Below are positions 44,665 to 58,313 of a stretch of 64,000 nt of DNA, one piece after another. Numbering within the stretch: position 1 is the first letter of the stretch; each line of letters starts with the position of its first letter. The notes below the pieces were generated by a model. It was given only the letters and a program-made list of their open reading frames with translations. It made no database searches and had not been told where the DNA came from. The stretch covers positions 1,240,001-1,304,000 of the forward strand of contig OX597840.1 of NCBI GenBank assembly GCA_951406725.2, read 5' to 3'. This stretch comes from Octopus vulgaris. Lineage: Eukaryota. The position numbers and the translations under genes were made by a program.

Positions 44665-45376
44665 AAAGCAGACTTAGCTAAGCTAATATGTTACTTTATA
44701 AGCCAACACTTTGATTAGAACACCCGGTATTCAAAACATATTGATAGTAGGATAATAAAGATAGGTTCTAATCTCACGCATGACTTAGCCAGAATCATTT
44801 CTTCCCTAAATAATAAAAAAAATTAGAATCTTCTATTTAGATAGGAGCAACAATAACAACAACAGTAATAGTAAGGATAACGGTAATAAACACATCAAAC
44901 ATCCCAAATTTAGTAAATGCAACACTCAGAATTATAATAACCATATCATGCTTAAAAAACCAAGCACTCTTCTACCAGCAATTATTTCTGCCCCACAGCA
45001 CAATCTATGAGACTGTAGGAATAAAAGTATTTGCGCCCTTCGTAATATTTGTAAAATTAAGGATGTAGTTTACCAGTGTACTGTCACAACATAGTTTAGT
45101 AAAAAAAAAATACATAGGACCTACACAAAATAAAATGAAATGAAGGCTAGCCGCACGCCAACACTCTTTCAGAAAGAGAAATAACATTAACTCGACTGGA
45201 TTAAAGATAAAAATACTAAATTCGCTTTCGAATGGAAAATCCTCGCCTCCTCATCTTCGTACAATGTAAGAAATGAGAAATGCTATCTCTGCATCAATGA
45301 AAAACTGTTCACACTAGCGGTACAACACACATTACTTAACTTGAGGAGAGCAATTTACTTTGCTAAATATAACTAG
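44665..45376 (+). pseudogene. Decayed Penelope-like (Naiad-type) element: RT C-terminus, Cys linker and GIY-YIG endonuclease
   Basis: ISQHFD*NTRYSKHIDSRIIKIG...IISSLNNKK, then from 45008 (*)DCRNKSICALRNICKIKDVVYQCTV / YIGPTQ...R...HSF / FEWKILASSSSYNVRNEKCYLCINEK...LLNLR. Contains stops and frameshifts. Confidence 0.85.
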
Positions 45377-45599
45377 CATTAGAGTCCCTTCGTACAATCC
45401 TCACAAATAGCACTCAGAGCCCTTCACCACAGAAATAGTAGTTCTCGATATTGAATGTAAGCACATATCAATTCCTAAATTAAGCTAGCTAAAAAATATT
45501 ACTCACCTGGGTCTCTTATGGGTGATCCAAGAGTGATGTCCCTCCACCAACACATCCGCGTTTAAATTTACAACCACTCCCCATAACAACTAAAGGCAT

Positions 45600-45642
<43 letters not shown>

Positions 45643-45882
45643 TAACAATTGAGGATAAAATCTTTAAAAGAAATTATCAGTAGTCAGCTTGAAAAACCTC
45701 GTAAGAGAAAAAAATCCGTAAATTCTTCCTCTTTGAAAATATTCATTTATATTATATTGAGGGTACTACTATTCGTAGATACCAACACGCTAAGAGGGAC
45801 CAATGCGGTCAAAACTACTAAAAATAAACAAAATTTTACCGAATGCAAAACTTCAAAACACATCATTTTAAAAAAGAATTCA

Positions 45883-45947
45883 GTTACATATCACATGTGA
45901 TTTCGCATTTAAATGCAGAATATGCATTTTATGTTCATCAGTGCAAC
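45883..45947 (-). ncRNA. Mirror-image type I hammerhead ribozyme in the left palindrome arm
   Basis: Reverse complement of 46147-46211. Confidence 0.8.
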
Positions 45948-46146
45948 AAACTCAAGAAATATAAGAGAAAAACATAACATTACAAGCTCGATAGCCAACC
46001 GTAGAATTTGTTACCGAAATGTATTGCGAATAAGCCCGCCATTTTCATAGATATGTAAAGATAAACATTCGGACATGCTATGACGAATTCTACGGTTGGC
46101 TATCGAGCTTGTAATGTTATGTTTTTCTCTTATATTTCTTGAGTTT

Positions 46147-46211
46147 GTTGCACTGATGAACATAAAATGCATATTCTGCATTTAAATGCGAAATCACATG
46201 TGATATGTAAC
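46147..46211 (+). ncRNA. Type I hammerhead ribozyme
   Basis: GUUGCA CUGAUGA ACAUAAAAUGCA(UAUUC)UGCAUUUAAAUGC GAAA UCACAUGUGA UA UGUAAC: 6-bp stem I, palindromic stem III, predicted cleavage after 46205. Confidence 0.8.
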
Positions 46212-47278
46212 TGAATTCTTTTTTAAAATGATGTGTTTTGAAGTTTTGCATTCGGTAAAATTTTGTTTATTTTTAGTAGTTTTGACCGCATTGGTCCCTC
46301 TTAGCGTGTTGGTATCTACGAATAGTAGTACCCTCAATATAATATATATATACATATATATACATATATATATGATATATGTTTATTTAGCTATTCTTCT
46401 TAATATAACCTCCTTACCCTGTTAATAAAGCCAGTTCTTTCAACTATGAACCTAATTGGGAATACAGAGGGCATTGATATTTAACCCCCAATAATTAACC
46501 TCCCGCCTTGTAAAAGCCTGTACCTGCAATATCAGCTAAGGCTGCACTTGTAACTAATGTTACTTAACTGAAGCTTTTAGACCATGGATCAGCTTGTTTA
46601 TCAGCTTCAGTCTGGATCTGATTCCCAGCCAGATATTGGTCTACCTCCAGTTATTGTAGATCCCATTAGACCTACCAATTCAGGAATTCCTCCCCCATAT
46701 AACATAACTTAATTTTAACAACTTTATATTAATTGCACACCTCTCTAGATTGTATCTGCTTTTAATGGGACTGCTGTAGATGCTTTCCTATGAGCTATTA
46801 TTGCCCTTAAGCATATTGTGTATGAATTGAAGTGAAATGTTGTGTTAGACCCAAGCAAGGGTTAATATAACAATACGATTACTAATATGAACAATATAAT
46901 TTTAATAATAATATACATAAAATAGGATTTAGTAAACTGTAGCAGGACCCTAAATTTGTAACAATGTTATTGATTTAACCTCTAATCATTTAAATATTTT
47001 GGGTTTTTGTGCTTTTTGCCTTCAACATCCTTAAACAATTATTATTCAGGGACATTTTCAGAAAGATGGGTTACTCGGCCAGAAGAAAATTCCTACTGGG
47101 CCTCGCCTGCAAGGTCATGCGCTGTTTACCTTGATATGAGATCGCCATGTCACGTACGTATGGTTGTGATGCATGTGCCTAGTGTACCCTTATCAGACGG
47201 GTAGTCATGATGGGTATACTGGGCTTCGTATATTTGTACCCCAATGTCACTTCGATGGCATACACTTCTCTCTCACTC

Positions 47279-47351
<73 letters not shown>

Positions 47352-47798
47352 TATCGATATAATACCGTAAATTATACTCCAGAATGTCAGTAAATATAAA
47401 AACTTTGACACAACGCAGTGCAACCACAAAAGTGTATCGATGCTTTCCAAGACAAAATATAAATTACATCGTGACAGATTTACTTACAAAATAGAACCAA
47501 GCAACAACAACAACAACAACAGAAGCATCAACCGCAGCAGCAGCAACAACAACAATAAATTGACAATAAGAAGAGGGAGGGCCACTGAGGTGGCGTTCAT
47601 ATTTTATTTGATCCTATCTGAAATTGGTAATTATCAGTTACTATAGAACTGTGCATTTTTCCTTCTCTTTAACATCAAAGGCTTACCAAAAATCAATTCC
47701 ACCCTTTCTTTCTTATCAGTACATTCACCGTTTCTTCCGAAAATTCTTCGTCCATTGATCTCGGGTTCCTCGTCTTTGGAGATTTCTTCATGATAGAA

Positions 47799-47957
<159 letters not shown>

Positions 47958-48150
47958 TATATGTATATATATATGTATATAAATCTTTGGGAAAAATGAA
48001 AGGAAGCGCAGATGAAGTGACATTGATGAATGCTTTTGATGAAAGCCATAATTGTAAGAATCTGTAGAGCCATCTTCTCTTATTGCAGGCCCCCAATATA
48101 TCACTGGTAGATTATACCGGTCATCTTATTTCTGCTCATCACCACCAATG

Positions 48151-48182
<32 letters not shown>

Positions 48183-48245
48183 GTCATCATCGTCACTATC
48201 ATCATCACCATCACCACCATCATCATCATCCCCATCATCATCACT

Positions 48246-48297
<52 letters not shown>

Positions 48298-48489
48298 CCA
48301 TCGTCGTCGTCGTCGTCGTCATCATCATCATCATCATCATCATCGTTGTCGTCGTCGTCTTTGTTGCCGACTTCGCTGTCATCTTTGTTGTCTTCGTACC
48401 ACCACAATCGCCATCATCATCACCATCATCATCATCATTATTACCATCATCATCGTCAGTCCCCATCCACCATCTCCTCCTCCTCCTTC

Positions 48490-48521
<32 letters not shown>

Positions 48522-49099
48522 GGCGTCTTCATTGTCATCTTCGTTCTAATCGTCTTCTTATAATCATCGTCGTCATCGTCGTAGTACTCCTCCTCTTCCT
48601 CCTCCTCCTCCACATCATCACCATCATTATCATTATCATCATTGTCCTCATCCACCTATCATCATGTATCCTACGTCATCATTTTCATCATCATCATCGT
48701 TTTTTTACACGATGTTGACGGCGTCTCCCTTCATTACTCTCATCGTGATGATGCCGATCAACATCATCATCATCATCATCATCATCATCAATAAATTGAT
48801 GCGGCTATCACCAGCTGAACGGCTTTCAACATAATCCAAATATATCACATCTACCCGTTCCTCAGCGTAATGAGAAACGGAAGAATATAGCTGCATTATC
48901 AACATAATCTTCATTATTATTATTATAAACATTATCAAAATTATTAAGATTATCTGTATTATTAACCTTATCAACACTAGCCTTATTGTCGCGATGAAAT
49001 TCATTATTATCATTTTCAACATTATCAATGTTATAAACAGTTTGTTTATCATCACAATTATCATCATCCGTATCAGTCATTATTAACATCACTATATAA

Positions 49100-49640
49100 A
49101 GCGGCGCGGTGGCACAATCGCTAGCACGCCGAGCGAAATGCTTAGCGGTGTTTCGTCTGCCGCTACGTTCTGAGTTCAAATTCCGCCGAGGTCGACTTTG
49201 CCTTTCATCCTTTCGGAGACGATAAATTAAGTGTCAGTTACACACTGGGGTCGATATAATCGACTTAATCCGTTTGCCTGTCCTTGTTTGTCCCCTCTAT
49301 GTTCAGGCCCTTGTGGGTAGTAAAGAAATAGGTATTGCGTCTGTCTTTATGTTTTGAGTTGAAATTCCGCCGAGGTCGACTTTGCCTTTCATCCTTTCGG
49401 GGTCGATTAAATAAGTACCAGTTACGCACTGGAGTCGATATAATCGACTTAATCCGTTTGTCTGTCCTTGTTTGTCCTCTGTGTATTTAGCCCCTTGTGG
49501 GTAGTAAAGAAATAGGTATTTCGTCTGTATTTATGCTCTGATTTCAAATTCCGCCGAGGTCGACTTTGCCTTTCATCCTTTCGCGATCGATAAATTACGT
49601 ACCAGTGAAACGCTGGGGTCGATGTAATCGATTTATCCCC
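49100..49640 (+). mobile_element. Family B SINE with its body repeated three times in tandem
   Basis: One head, then the about 180-bp unit TTCCGCCGAGGTCGACTTTGCC...AAAGAAATAGG starting at about 49180, 49365 and 49550. Confidence 0.9.
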
Positions 49641-49916
49641 ACCTCTAAATGGTTGACCTTGAGGTAATAATGCTGTTAATAGGGATGGTACTTATAAAAC
49701 TAATAATAGTCATGATACTGATAATAACACTAGTGCTTATGATCATGCTATTGGCAATGGTAGAAATGCAAAGGTAATGTTGACAATGCTGATAATGCTT
49801 ATAGTGTTGTTAATAATGGTATCAAATTTTGCCACACGGTCATCCATCTTATTACTTATTAGAATTAGTAGTCATGATGGCTATACTGGTCTTCGTATAT
49901 TTGTACCCCAGTGCCA

Positions 49917-50004
<88 letters not shown>

Positions 50005-50102
50005 ATAATTATTATTATTATTATCATTATTATTATTATTATTCTATGTTTGAGTTTTGCTTTATATTTGTACAAGTTGGCTCCAAGTCTCACCCAGAGA
50101 CC

Positions 50103-50220
<118 letters not shown>

Positions 50221-50559
50221 GAATGACAGAGCAGTGCGTGCCATCAAAGTGACACTGGGGAACAAATATACGAAGCCCATTATAACCATCATGACCATCC
50301 ATCTAATAAGAGTACACCACAAGCATCACAAACACATATGGGCAACATGGTAATCTTATAGCAAGATAAACAGCGATAAACGTTGCAGGTGGGGCCCAGT
50401 TAGAATTTTCTTCAGGTCGAGTAGCCAATCCCACTCAAGACATTCCTGAATAAGAGTTGTAAGGATGATGAACAAAGCATCCATGTTTCCTGAGGTGAGT
50501 TACTCTCAACACGTGGTTACGATACCCCTCCCCAGCTACTTCTGCCCGTGATCTCCTAT

Positions 50560-52215
50560 ACGATTTAGCAACGATAATGGCAGTTTTCCATGTCGGTTGA
50601 TTTTTGCTGACGACGTGATGTTACGTGGCTCGTCAGAACACGATCTCCAACATGCACTGGAGGAATTTCGCTGCCGAGTACTACAAAGGCAAAGACGAGG
50701 ATAAATAGCGAGAAGACTGAGATATTGGTCTTCTCTAGGAGGTCTTCCCAATGCACTCTGCATTGGAACATCTCTAAGACAAATGTCGGAGAAACATCTC
50801 AGGGCTGTATTCACAAAATCAGTAAAATAAACATCGGAAAGAAATACTGCAAAGCAGTTTGTCTGACATGCTAATGACTCTGTCAGGTCACTGCCCTAAT
50901 AATAATGATGGAAGACAAGAAGATAAATTAGATGCTAGAAGTTTCAGGAGCCGGGACAATAGTGTGTCTGATCGAGTATTCGATCCATAGAAGAGGGGTG
51001 GTTGGTAAAATGCCAAACTTGCTATCTTCAGTTTCGTTTCAGTGCCCAATTTCACCTTGGACATCAATGTTAGGTAATGACCGAAAGAACTAGAGCCATC
51101 CAACCAAAATGCAAATATATGGGAAACTACCACCTGTGTCATCTCTTGTGAAAGGTAGGAGAGTCCAGTTTGTTGGACATTGTTGTAGAGCTGAAAAAGA
51201 GATAATTTCTATTCTTCTCCTCTGGAAGCCATCTACTCGCAATACCAGAGGGCGCACACTCTCCTACCCTGATGTAATCTCCAGGGATACAGGCATCCAG
51301 CAACAGGACCTCCGTAATGCCATGATGGACCGTGAAGTCTGGCGTAGCATGGTAAATTCCATTGTCTCGACCACGGTCGAACAATGATGATGATGATGAG
51401 AGCGTTAATACAAGCAACCGAAATTGGGTTTCTCTAGAAAGTCTTCCCAATGTACTCTGTGTGTTAGTGGAACATCTCTAAGGCAAAAGTCGGAAAATCA
51501 TCTCAGGGCCGTATTCACGAGTGATGGAAAGCAAAAATATAAATTAGATTCTAGAATTTTCAGGAGCTGGAACAAACGTGTGTTTGATCGAGTATTTGAT
51601 CAATAGAAGAGGAGTGGTTGCTAAAAGGCTAAACTTGCTATCTTCAGTTTCATTTCAGTGCCTAATTGCAGCTTGGACATCAATGTTAAGTAATGACCGA
51701 AAGAACTAGTGCGTTAATACAAGCAACCGAAATTGGGTTTCTCTAGAAAGTCTTCGCAGTGTACTCTCTGTGTTAGTGGAGCATCTCTAAGACAAATGTC
51801 GGAGAAACCTCTCAGGGCCGTATTCACGAGTGATGGAAGACAAGAGGATAAATTTGATGCTCGAATTTTCAGGAGCTGGGACAAGTGTGTGTCTGATCGA
51901 GTATTCGATTCATAGAAGAGGAGTGGTTGGTAAAAGGCTAAACTTGCTATCTTCAGTTTCATTTCAGTGCCTAATTGCAGCTTGGACATCAGTGTTAGGT
52001 AATAACCGAAAGATCTAGAGCGTTAATACAAGAAACCGAAATGGGGCTTCTCCGTAAAGACAAATTGCGTTCCACGGAGCTCAGAGAGTTTCTTCTGGTC
52101 AAGCTGTTGCTTCGCACCGAGAGGGCACAGCTCGAGCACTATGGACATGCGATTAGAATGTCCTAAGAAAGAAGCTAAAAGCCAAAGCAGTTGGTAGGAG
52201 AGATAGTGATAGACC
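50560..52215 (+). pseudogene. Decayed RTE-clade (Expander/Rex3-like) reverse transcriptase with internal triplication
   Basis: LIFADDVMLRGSSEHDLQHALE...INSEKTEILVFSR...VFTSDGRQ...KAKLAIF...VMTERTR...EMGLLRK...YGHAIRM across frameshifts. Confidence 0.8.
51094..51399 (+). mobile_element. Younger RTE-type LINE 3' end nested in the older RT relic
   Basis: IYGKLPPVSSLVKGRRVQFVGHCCR...LLLWKP...RGR...YPDVISRDTG...AMMDREVWRSMV* followed by a (TGA)n tail. Host sequence resumes at AGCGTTAATAC. Confidence 0.85.
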
Positions 52216-52225
52216 AAAAATGAGA

Positions 52226-52648
52226 AGGCGGCGAGCTGGCAGAATCGCTAGCACGCCGGGCAAAATGCTTAACGGTATTTCATCTGTCTTTACGTTCTGA
52301 GTTCAAATTCCGCCGAGGTCGACTTTGCATTTCATCCCTTCGGAGTCGATAAATTAAGAACCAGTTACGCACTGGGGTCGATGTAATCGACTTAATCCGT
52401 TTGTCTGTCCTTGTTTATCCCTTCTCTGTGTAGCCCCTTGTGGGCAGTAAAGAAATAAGTATTTCCTCTGTCTTTATGTTATGAGTTCAAATTCCGCCGA
52501 GGTCGACTTCGCCTTTCATCCTTTCGGGGTCAATTAATTAAGTACCCGTTACGCACTAGGGTTCATGTAATCGACTTAATCCCTTTGTCTGTCCTTGTTT
52601 GTCCTCTCTATGTTTAGCCCCTTGTGGGCAATAAAGAAATAAAGAAAT
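52226..52648 (+). mobile_element. Family B SINE with duplicated body and 10-bp TSD
   Basis: TSD AAAAATGAGA at 52216-52225 and 52649-52658 brackets a head plus two body units. Confidence 0.9.
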
Positions 52649-53275
52649 AAAAATGAGATGGTTCGATATAATCCATAGTCTCATTAGTCACAACTGCTAA
52701 TGCAGTCAAACGTTCTAATGGCAGTTGCTTCTCATAGAAGCCTCTAAAGTTGGTACCTGAAGACTCTTCTTCAGCAACCATCTCAGGAATATGTGCTGTG
52801 AAAATGGATTTTTATATGTGCATTTAAGAAGAGTTTCTAACCCCTAAATATTAAGCAATAACAGGTAAACTGCCATTATTGATTTGTCTTTAGTTTTGTA
52901 TTTTACTTGCGTTATTTCGGCCATTACAACATTTTATCTAATAAACACACAGCTTATAATTTAGCATAATTTTATACATTGAGGCGTTATTTCACGATTT
53001 TTGCTGATTTTGCTGGCAAGGAAACAAACAGTCATGTCTTATGATGAGGCGCAACACAAGTTGATATTTTATTCTGTGAGGTGGTGTTTGTGTCTGGTAA
53101 ACTATGGGAAAATTATAGGGTGTCTCTATGATTGGACGTAATTAAATAAGCGAGTAACCGATGCTATGCCTCACGTAATTATGAGGAAATGTATGCTCCC
53201 TAATTACGAGACACCCTGAGTAGATGAGTAGACACACACGCATCACACACACACACACACATGCATATATGTATA

Positions 53276-53309
<34 letters not shown>

Positions 53310-53471
53310 TGTATGTATGTATATGTTAATATGTATATTCATGTTTATGTATATATATATATATATATAATATTACATTTCTAAATATCTCCACCACCAC
53401 TATATATATATATATATGGTATATATATGTATATAGATATATATTTTGCATATATATATAGATAGATAGAT

Positions 53472-53619
<148 letters not shown>

Positions 53620-53743
53620 TAAAAGGAATTCCAACCTTGTCTGGTTTTCACGTTTTATTTACAATGTTATAATGATATAATATTAGATAATATAATAAAA
53701 TAGAATAAAATAAAATAGTAGAATGTTAAATTTTCATTCTGAT

Positions 53744-53788
53744 TGAACAAGTACTTTCATGCATTAAATTATGCAATCTTCAGGTTCA
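53744..53788 (-). ncRNA. Minimal type I hammerhead ribozyme within a pseudo-LTR-like segment (53615-53995)
   Basis: UGAAC CUGAAGA U UGCAU(AAUUUA)AUGCA U GAAA GUAC UU GUUCA: perfect 5-bp stem I and palindromic AAGUACUU stem III. Segment flanked by (TA)n on both sides. Confidence 0.8.
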
Positions 53789-54011
53789 TGTAGTAGTGGT
53801 GACAGTCATACTTCACAATTTTTGACTGTAGCGGGATGGTTAAATCTGTGCCTTAAATACACCTGTGTTGGCTCCAGATTGCCAGGTTTTGCAAACTGTT
53901 TTCTGAACAATCAGTGTGTTAGCATCACTGAATTACTTAAGCTGTTTGGTTGGTTTAAGCGTCACGCTTTGTTGAACATGTCAAGAGTCCTGTATATATA
54001 TATATATTCTG

Positions 54012-54090
<79 letters not shown>

Positions 54091-54194
54091 TATTAAATTA
54101 GAGACAAAACCACTATTATGCAAATCACTATTTGAATGGACCATAAACAAATCTTGACTTATGGTTTAGAAATATATATATATATATATATATA

Positions 54195-54570
54195 AAACTT
54201 AGATAAAAATTAGATATGTTTCGACCAAAGATTGGTCCAGACCATGTCTAACTTAATAGCACCACCTGATAGGATTATTTGAATCCTGCTTAAGGGAAGT
54301 TTTGTTTATGGTCCATTCAAATAGTGAGTTTTTGTTGGGTGAGTTGTATCCAATTATGGGTGGCTTATCTGGTATTCCTTGAAGAAATCTATCCAGACTC
54401 CGTTTAAAGTTGATGGGATCCTTTTCTTCTTTGATCTCTTTCGGGACAATGTTAAATAGGGTAGGGCCTGTTGAGGAAATGAAATTATGTTGCAGTGTAC
54501 ATGTATGCTGTGATCTTGAATTGGGCAGAGGCCGTATGGCCCGTGGTCCCAGTCTTGGATGAACCATGAA
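54195..54570 (-). mobile_element. CR1-group LINE 3' end fragment
   Basis: HPRLG...GPTLFNIVPKEIK...FKRSLDRFLQGIPDKP...GY...NSL resembles the C-terminus of invertebrate CR1-group ORF2. Confidence 0.7.
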
Positions 54571-55239
54571 TGTATATATATATATATATATATACTTTGT
54601 ATTTTTATTAAAGCTGCAAAAACATCGCAGAAAAAACTGTGACTCAGAGTTTCACGTTCCCGTTCGTCGGGCAATTGTGATAGAGACTTGAAAAAAGAAA
54701 GACTATTACTCTACCTCGGTATTCCAGTACTATTGTTTTGGATTTACGTGTTTCCTCGTTTATATATTTTGCTTTATTCTTTTATTTGTTTTAGTTATTT
54801 GACTGCGGCCTTGCTGGAGCACCGCGTTTAGCTGAACAATTCTATCCTAGGACTTATCCTTTGTAAGCCTAGTAATTATTCTATCTGTTCTTTGCCGAAA
54901 TGCTAATTTACGAGGAGGTAAACACACCAACATCGGTGGTCAAAGCGATGCTGGCGGACAAACACAGACACGTAAACACACACACACATACACCCACAAA
55001 TTATTACGAATGCTTCCTTGAGTTTCTAACTATTAAAACTTATTCTATCGTTCTATTTTACCGAACCACTAAGTTACGGTTATGTCAACACACCAGCATC
55101 GGTTGTGAAGCGATGTTGGGGGACAAACACAGACACACAAACACACACACACACACACACATATATATATTACTACAAACTGATGCAACTACTGTCAGCA
55201 ATTAGAGTGTTAGAACGCTGCTTTACAGAAAAAAGGACT

Positions 55240-55640
55240 GCTTTACTGAATAAAAAGGAAGCGGTGCTTCAGTAGGACAAGGCGAGACCCCACTCTGCAA
55301 AGATCACGTTACAGAATGTCGAGGAACTTGGCTGGGACAAAAATTGCTCATTCGCCTTATTTCCCTTCATATTACCAATTGTTCTGTACTCCCGCGAATC
55401 ACTTTAGGGATTAACTCTCGAAACAAATGATTTCGAAATAATTGATCTTTCAGAGTTACTCGCTTCGAGACTGAAATAATTTTTCACTAACAGGATTAAA
55501 AAAAACATACAAGTAGATGGGAAGATGTCATAGATAATTATGAAAATTATATTGAGAATTACATTTCATTAAAATGTAAGATTTGTTCACATGTGTCCCT
55601 TATTAAAAATCTGGATTTCATTGTGGGTCTACCTGATATA
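55240..55640 (+). mobile_element. mariner transposase relic (catalytic C-terminal half and 3' TIR-like end)
   Basis: VLQ*DKARPHSAKIT...EELGWD / AHSPYFP matches mariner HDNARPH...LGW...HPPYSP. Confidence 0.75.
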
Positions 55641-55890
55641 TTACTTTTATTCCTACCTCAGTTCATCTAATTGTATGTATCTATCATTACTTTTCATAAA
55701 AAGCCTTTACTTTTTTTGAATTCCAGTGTGCATTTTCGCTTATTTTTCTTCTTACGCTCCCCTGACATTTCCACGTGTAGATTCTAGTTTCTTTTTGTAA
55801 CATATTTCTATTATATATGTGTATATATATATAATGTGTGTATATATATATGTGTATATGTATGTATAAATATATGCATGTATATATAAA

Positions 55891-55956
<66 letters not shown>

Positions 55957-56440
55957 TAATCCAAACATGAAAACAGAAAGAGAAAACACAACAACGCGAG
56001 GACGTGGAACAAGTATAGTATTATTGGACGCTCAGGAAGGAAGGGAAGAAGGAGGGTTTAACCTTTGGAGCGGAGCTCTTCGTCAGAAACATAGGAAAAG
56101 GAAAGATCCAGAGAAGGGAAGACGGATATATATATATGTTCGATTTGAAAACCCCACTAGAACGGGAGAAAGCGCTAATATATGATCTAAGTTATATGAT
56201 GTATAAAAACATGTAATATACAAATAAATATCTGTAAATATAAAACCATCCGAATTTCTGAGTACCTCATTTCTTCTAATATAAAATACCTGTACATCAT
56301 CTCAAAACCTTCCAATATATATATACATAAACACACGCATACTCACATATTTAATAGAAATCAGGATAAAATCATGTTAATGATAATATCAAGAGGCCAG
56401 CATCAGATGAAACATTGTAGGAGAATTATAAACTAAAATC

Positions 56441-56902
56441 AATAATTATATATAGAAATATATAATTACATTAAAGGGATCAGGAAATAACCTTCTTCAA
56501 CATGCTAGAAGAAGACGACAAATGCGCTAAACAGCCACTGTTATGGCTCCCACAAAAACACGGGTTGAAAGCGAGCGAATGAAAAATACAAAATAATAGA
56601 TAAAACTTCAGCCTTTGCTTCGCATGGTTATGTATAAATATCTGTGATTATGTCTCTTTGAATATTGTGCTGAAGATGAGGAAAAAGCTATTTTTACTGC
56701 TTTAATCCCGAAATTGGACCCAAAACACAATTTACCACGAAGCTTTATATCGTATTTTTTATTTGCTTGCTTACAACTGATCTTTTTGTAGGAGTTATAA
56801 CAGTGGCTTTTTAGGGCCTTTGTCGTCTTCCTTTAGAATGCCGGAGAAAGTCATTTCCTAGTCCCTTTAATATAATTATATATTACTATATATAATTTAT
56901 TA
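56441..56902. repeat. Old diverged fold-back (about 160-bp arms) with decayed HHR-like motif in the spacer
   Basis: 56441-56610 pairs imperfectly with 56738-56902. Spacer has TTGTG CTGAAGA T GAGGA...TCCC GAAA TTGG AC at 56666-56725. Confidence 0.7.
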
Positions 56903-56912
56903 ATTTTAGTAC

Positions 56913-56990
<78 letters not shown>

Positions 56991-56998
56991 ATATCTAA

Positions 56999-57088
<90 letters not shown>

Positions 57089-57125
57089 CATCAATCAATC
57101 TATCTATCTATCTATCTATCTATCA

Positions 57126-57253
<128 letters not shown>

Positions 57254-57621
57254 TATATATTTATATATATATAATCGACAATTATGCTGGTTGTAAACGC
57301 ATTGTGTTTGCTATAAGAAAGGATCGAAACTGCCTGAATTTATACATTAACGAGATAGTTTATCTCCTGTCCAATACGGCCGCTCCTGGATATGTAGATA
57401 CAATATATGTATACATGAAGACAATTGTGAATATAGTATTATTTACACAAAATATTGGTTGCTATCTATCTATTTACGTATCTGTTTACATATGTATGTG
57501 TCTGTGTATGGAATTATGTATATTCATTCATACAAATATGCACATAAATATACATACATACATGCATTCGCTAATATATATATTCGTTTCTCCCTTTATC
57601 ACTCTCTCTCTCTCTCTATGC

Positions 57622-57731
<110 letters not shown>

Positions 57732-58037
57732 ATATATATATATATGTATGTGTATGTACATACATATGTATATATGTATATATCTATGAATATGAATATA
57801 AACACATATATACGTATATATATATGGTAAATAAAAGATAGAAGATGGAAGATACATACATACATACATGCATAATTATATATATATATATATGTGTGTG
57901 TATGTGTATGTGTGTGTGTAATGGATATACTTATATATACATATACACATATAATTTTGTCTTTATAGATATATAGACATATATAGATACACATGTACAA
58001 ATAAATATATTTATATATACATCTATATACACACACG

Positions 58038-58118
<81 letters not shown>

Positions 58119-58279
58119 AATGAATAGTCACTCACACGCGTTAAATGCATGCGCACACATATATATAATGCATTAAACAATAAATATTTATACGTTCGCA
58201 CACACACATTCACATAAATATATATTTCTTGTGTCTATATATATGAATATTTATATATATATATATATACATATACATA

Positions 58280-58313
<34 letters not shown>

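Larger units (their letters stand above)
45748..46346. repeat. Long palindrome: 261-bp apparently perfect arms with 77-bp spacer (inverted PLE pseudo-LTR pair)
   Basis: 45748-46008 is the reverse complement of 46086-46346 by eye. TA-rich flanks. Confidence 0.95.

Noticed and set aside
45377-45600. SECIS element downstream of the Naiad-type ORF
   Set aside because: No AUGA/GA quartet with apical AA was recognisable by eye.
46583-46711. Short Pro-rich ORF MDQLVYQLQSG...IPPPYNIT, possibly viral or Polinton-like
   Set aside because: Only 42 codons and no family recognised.
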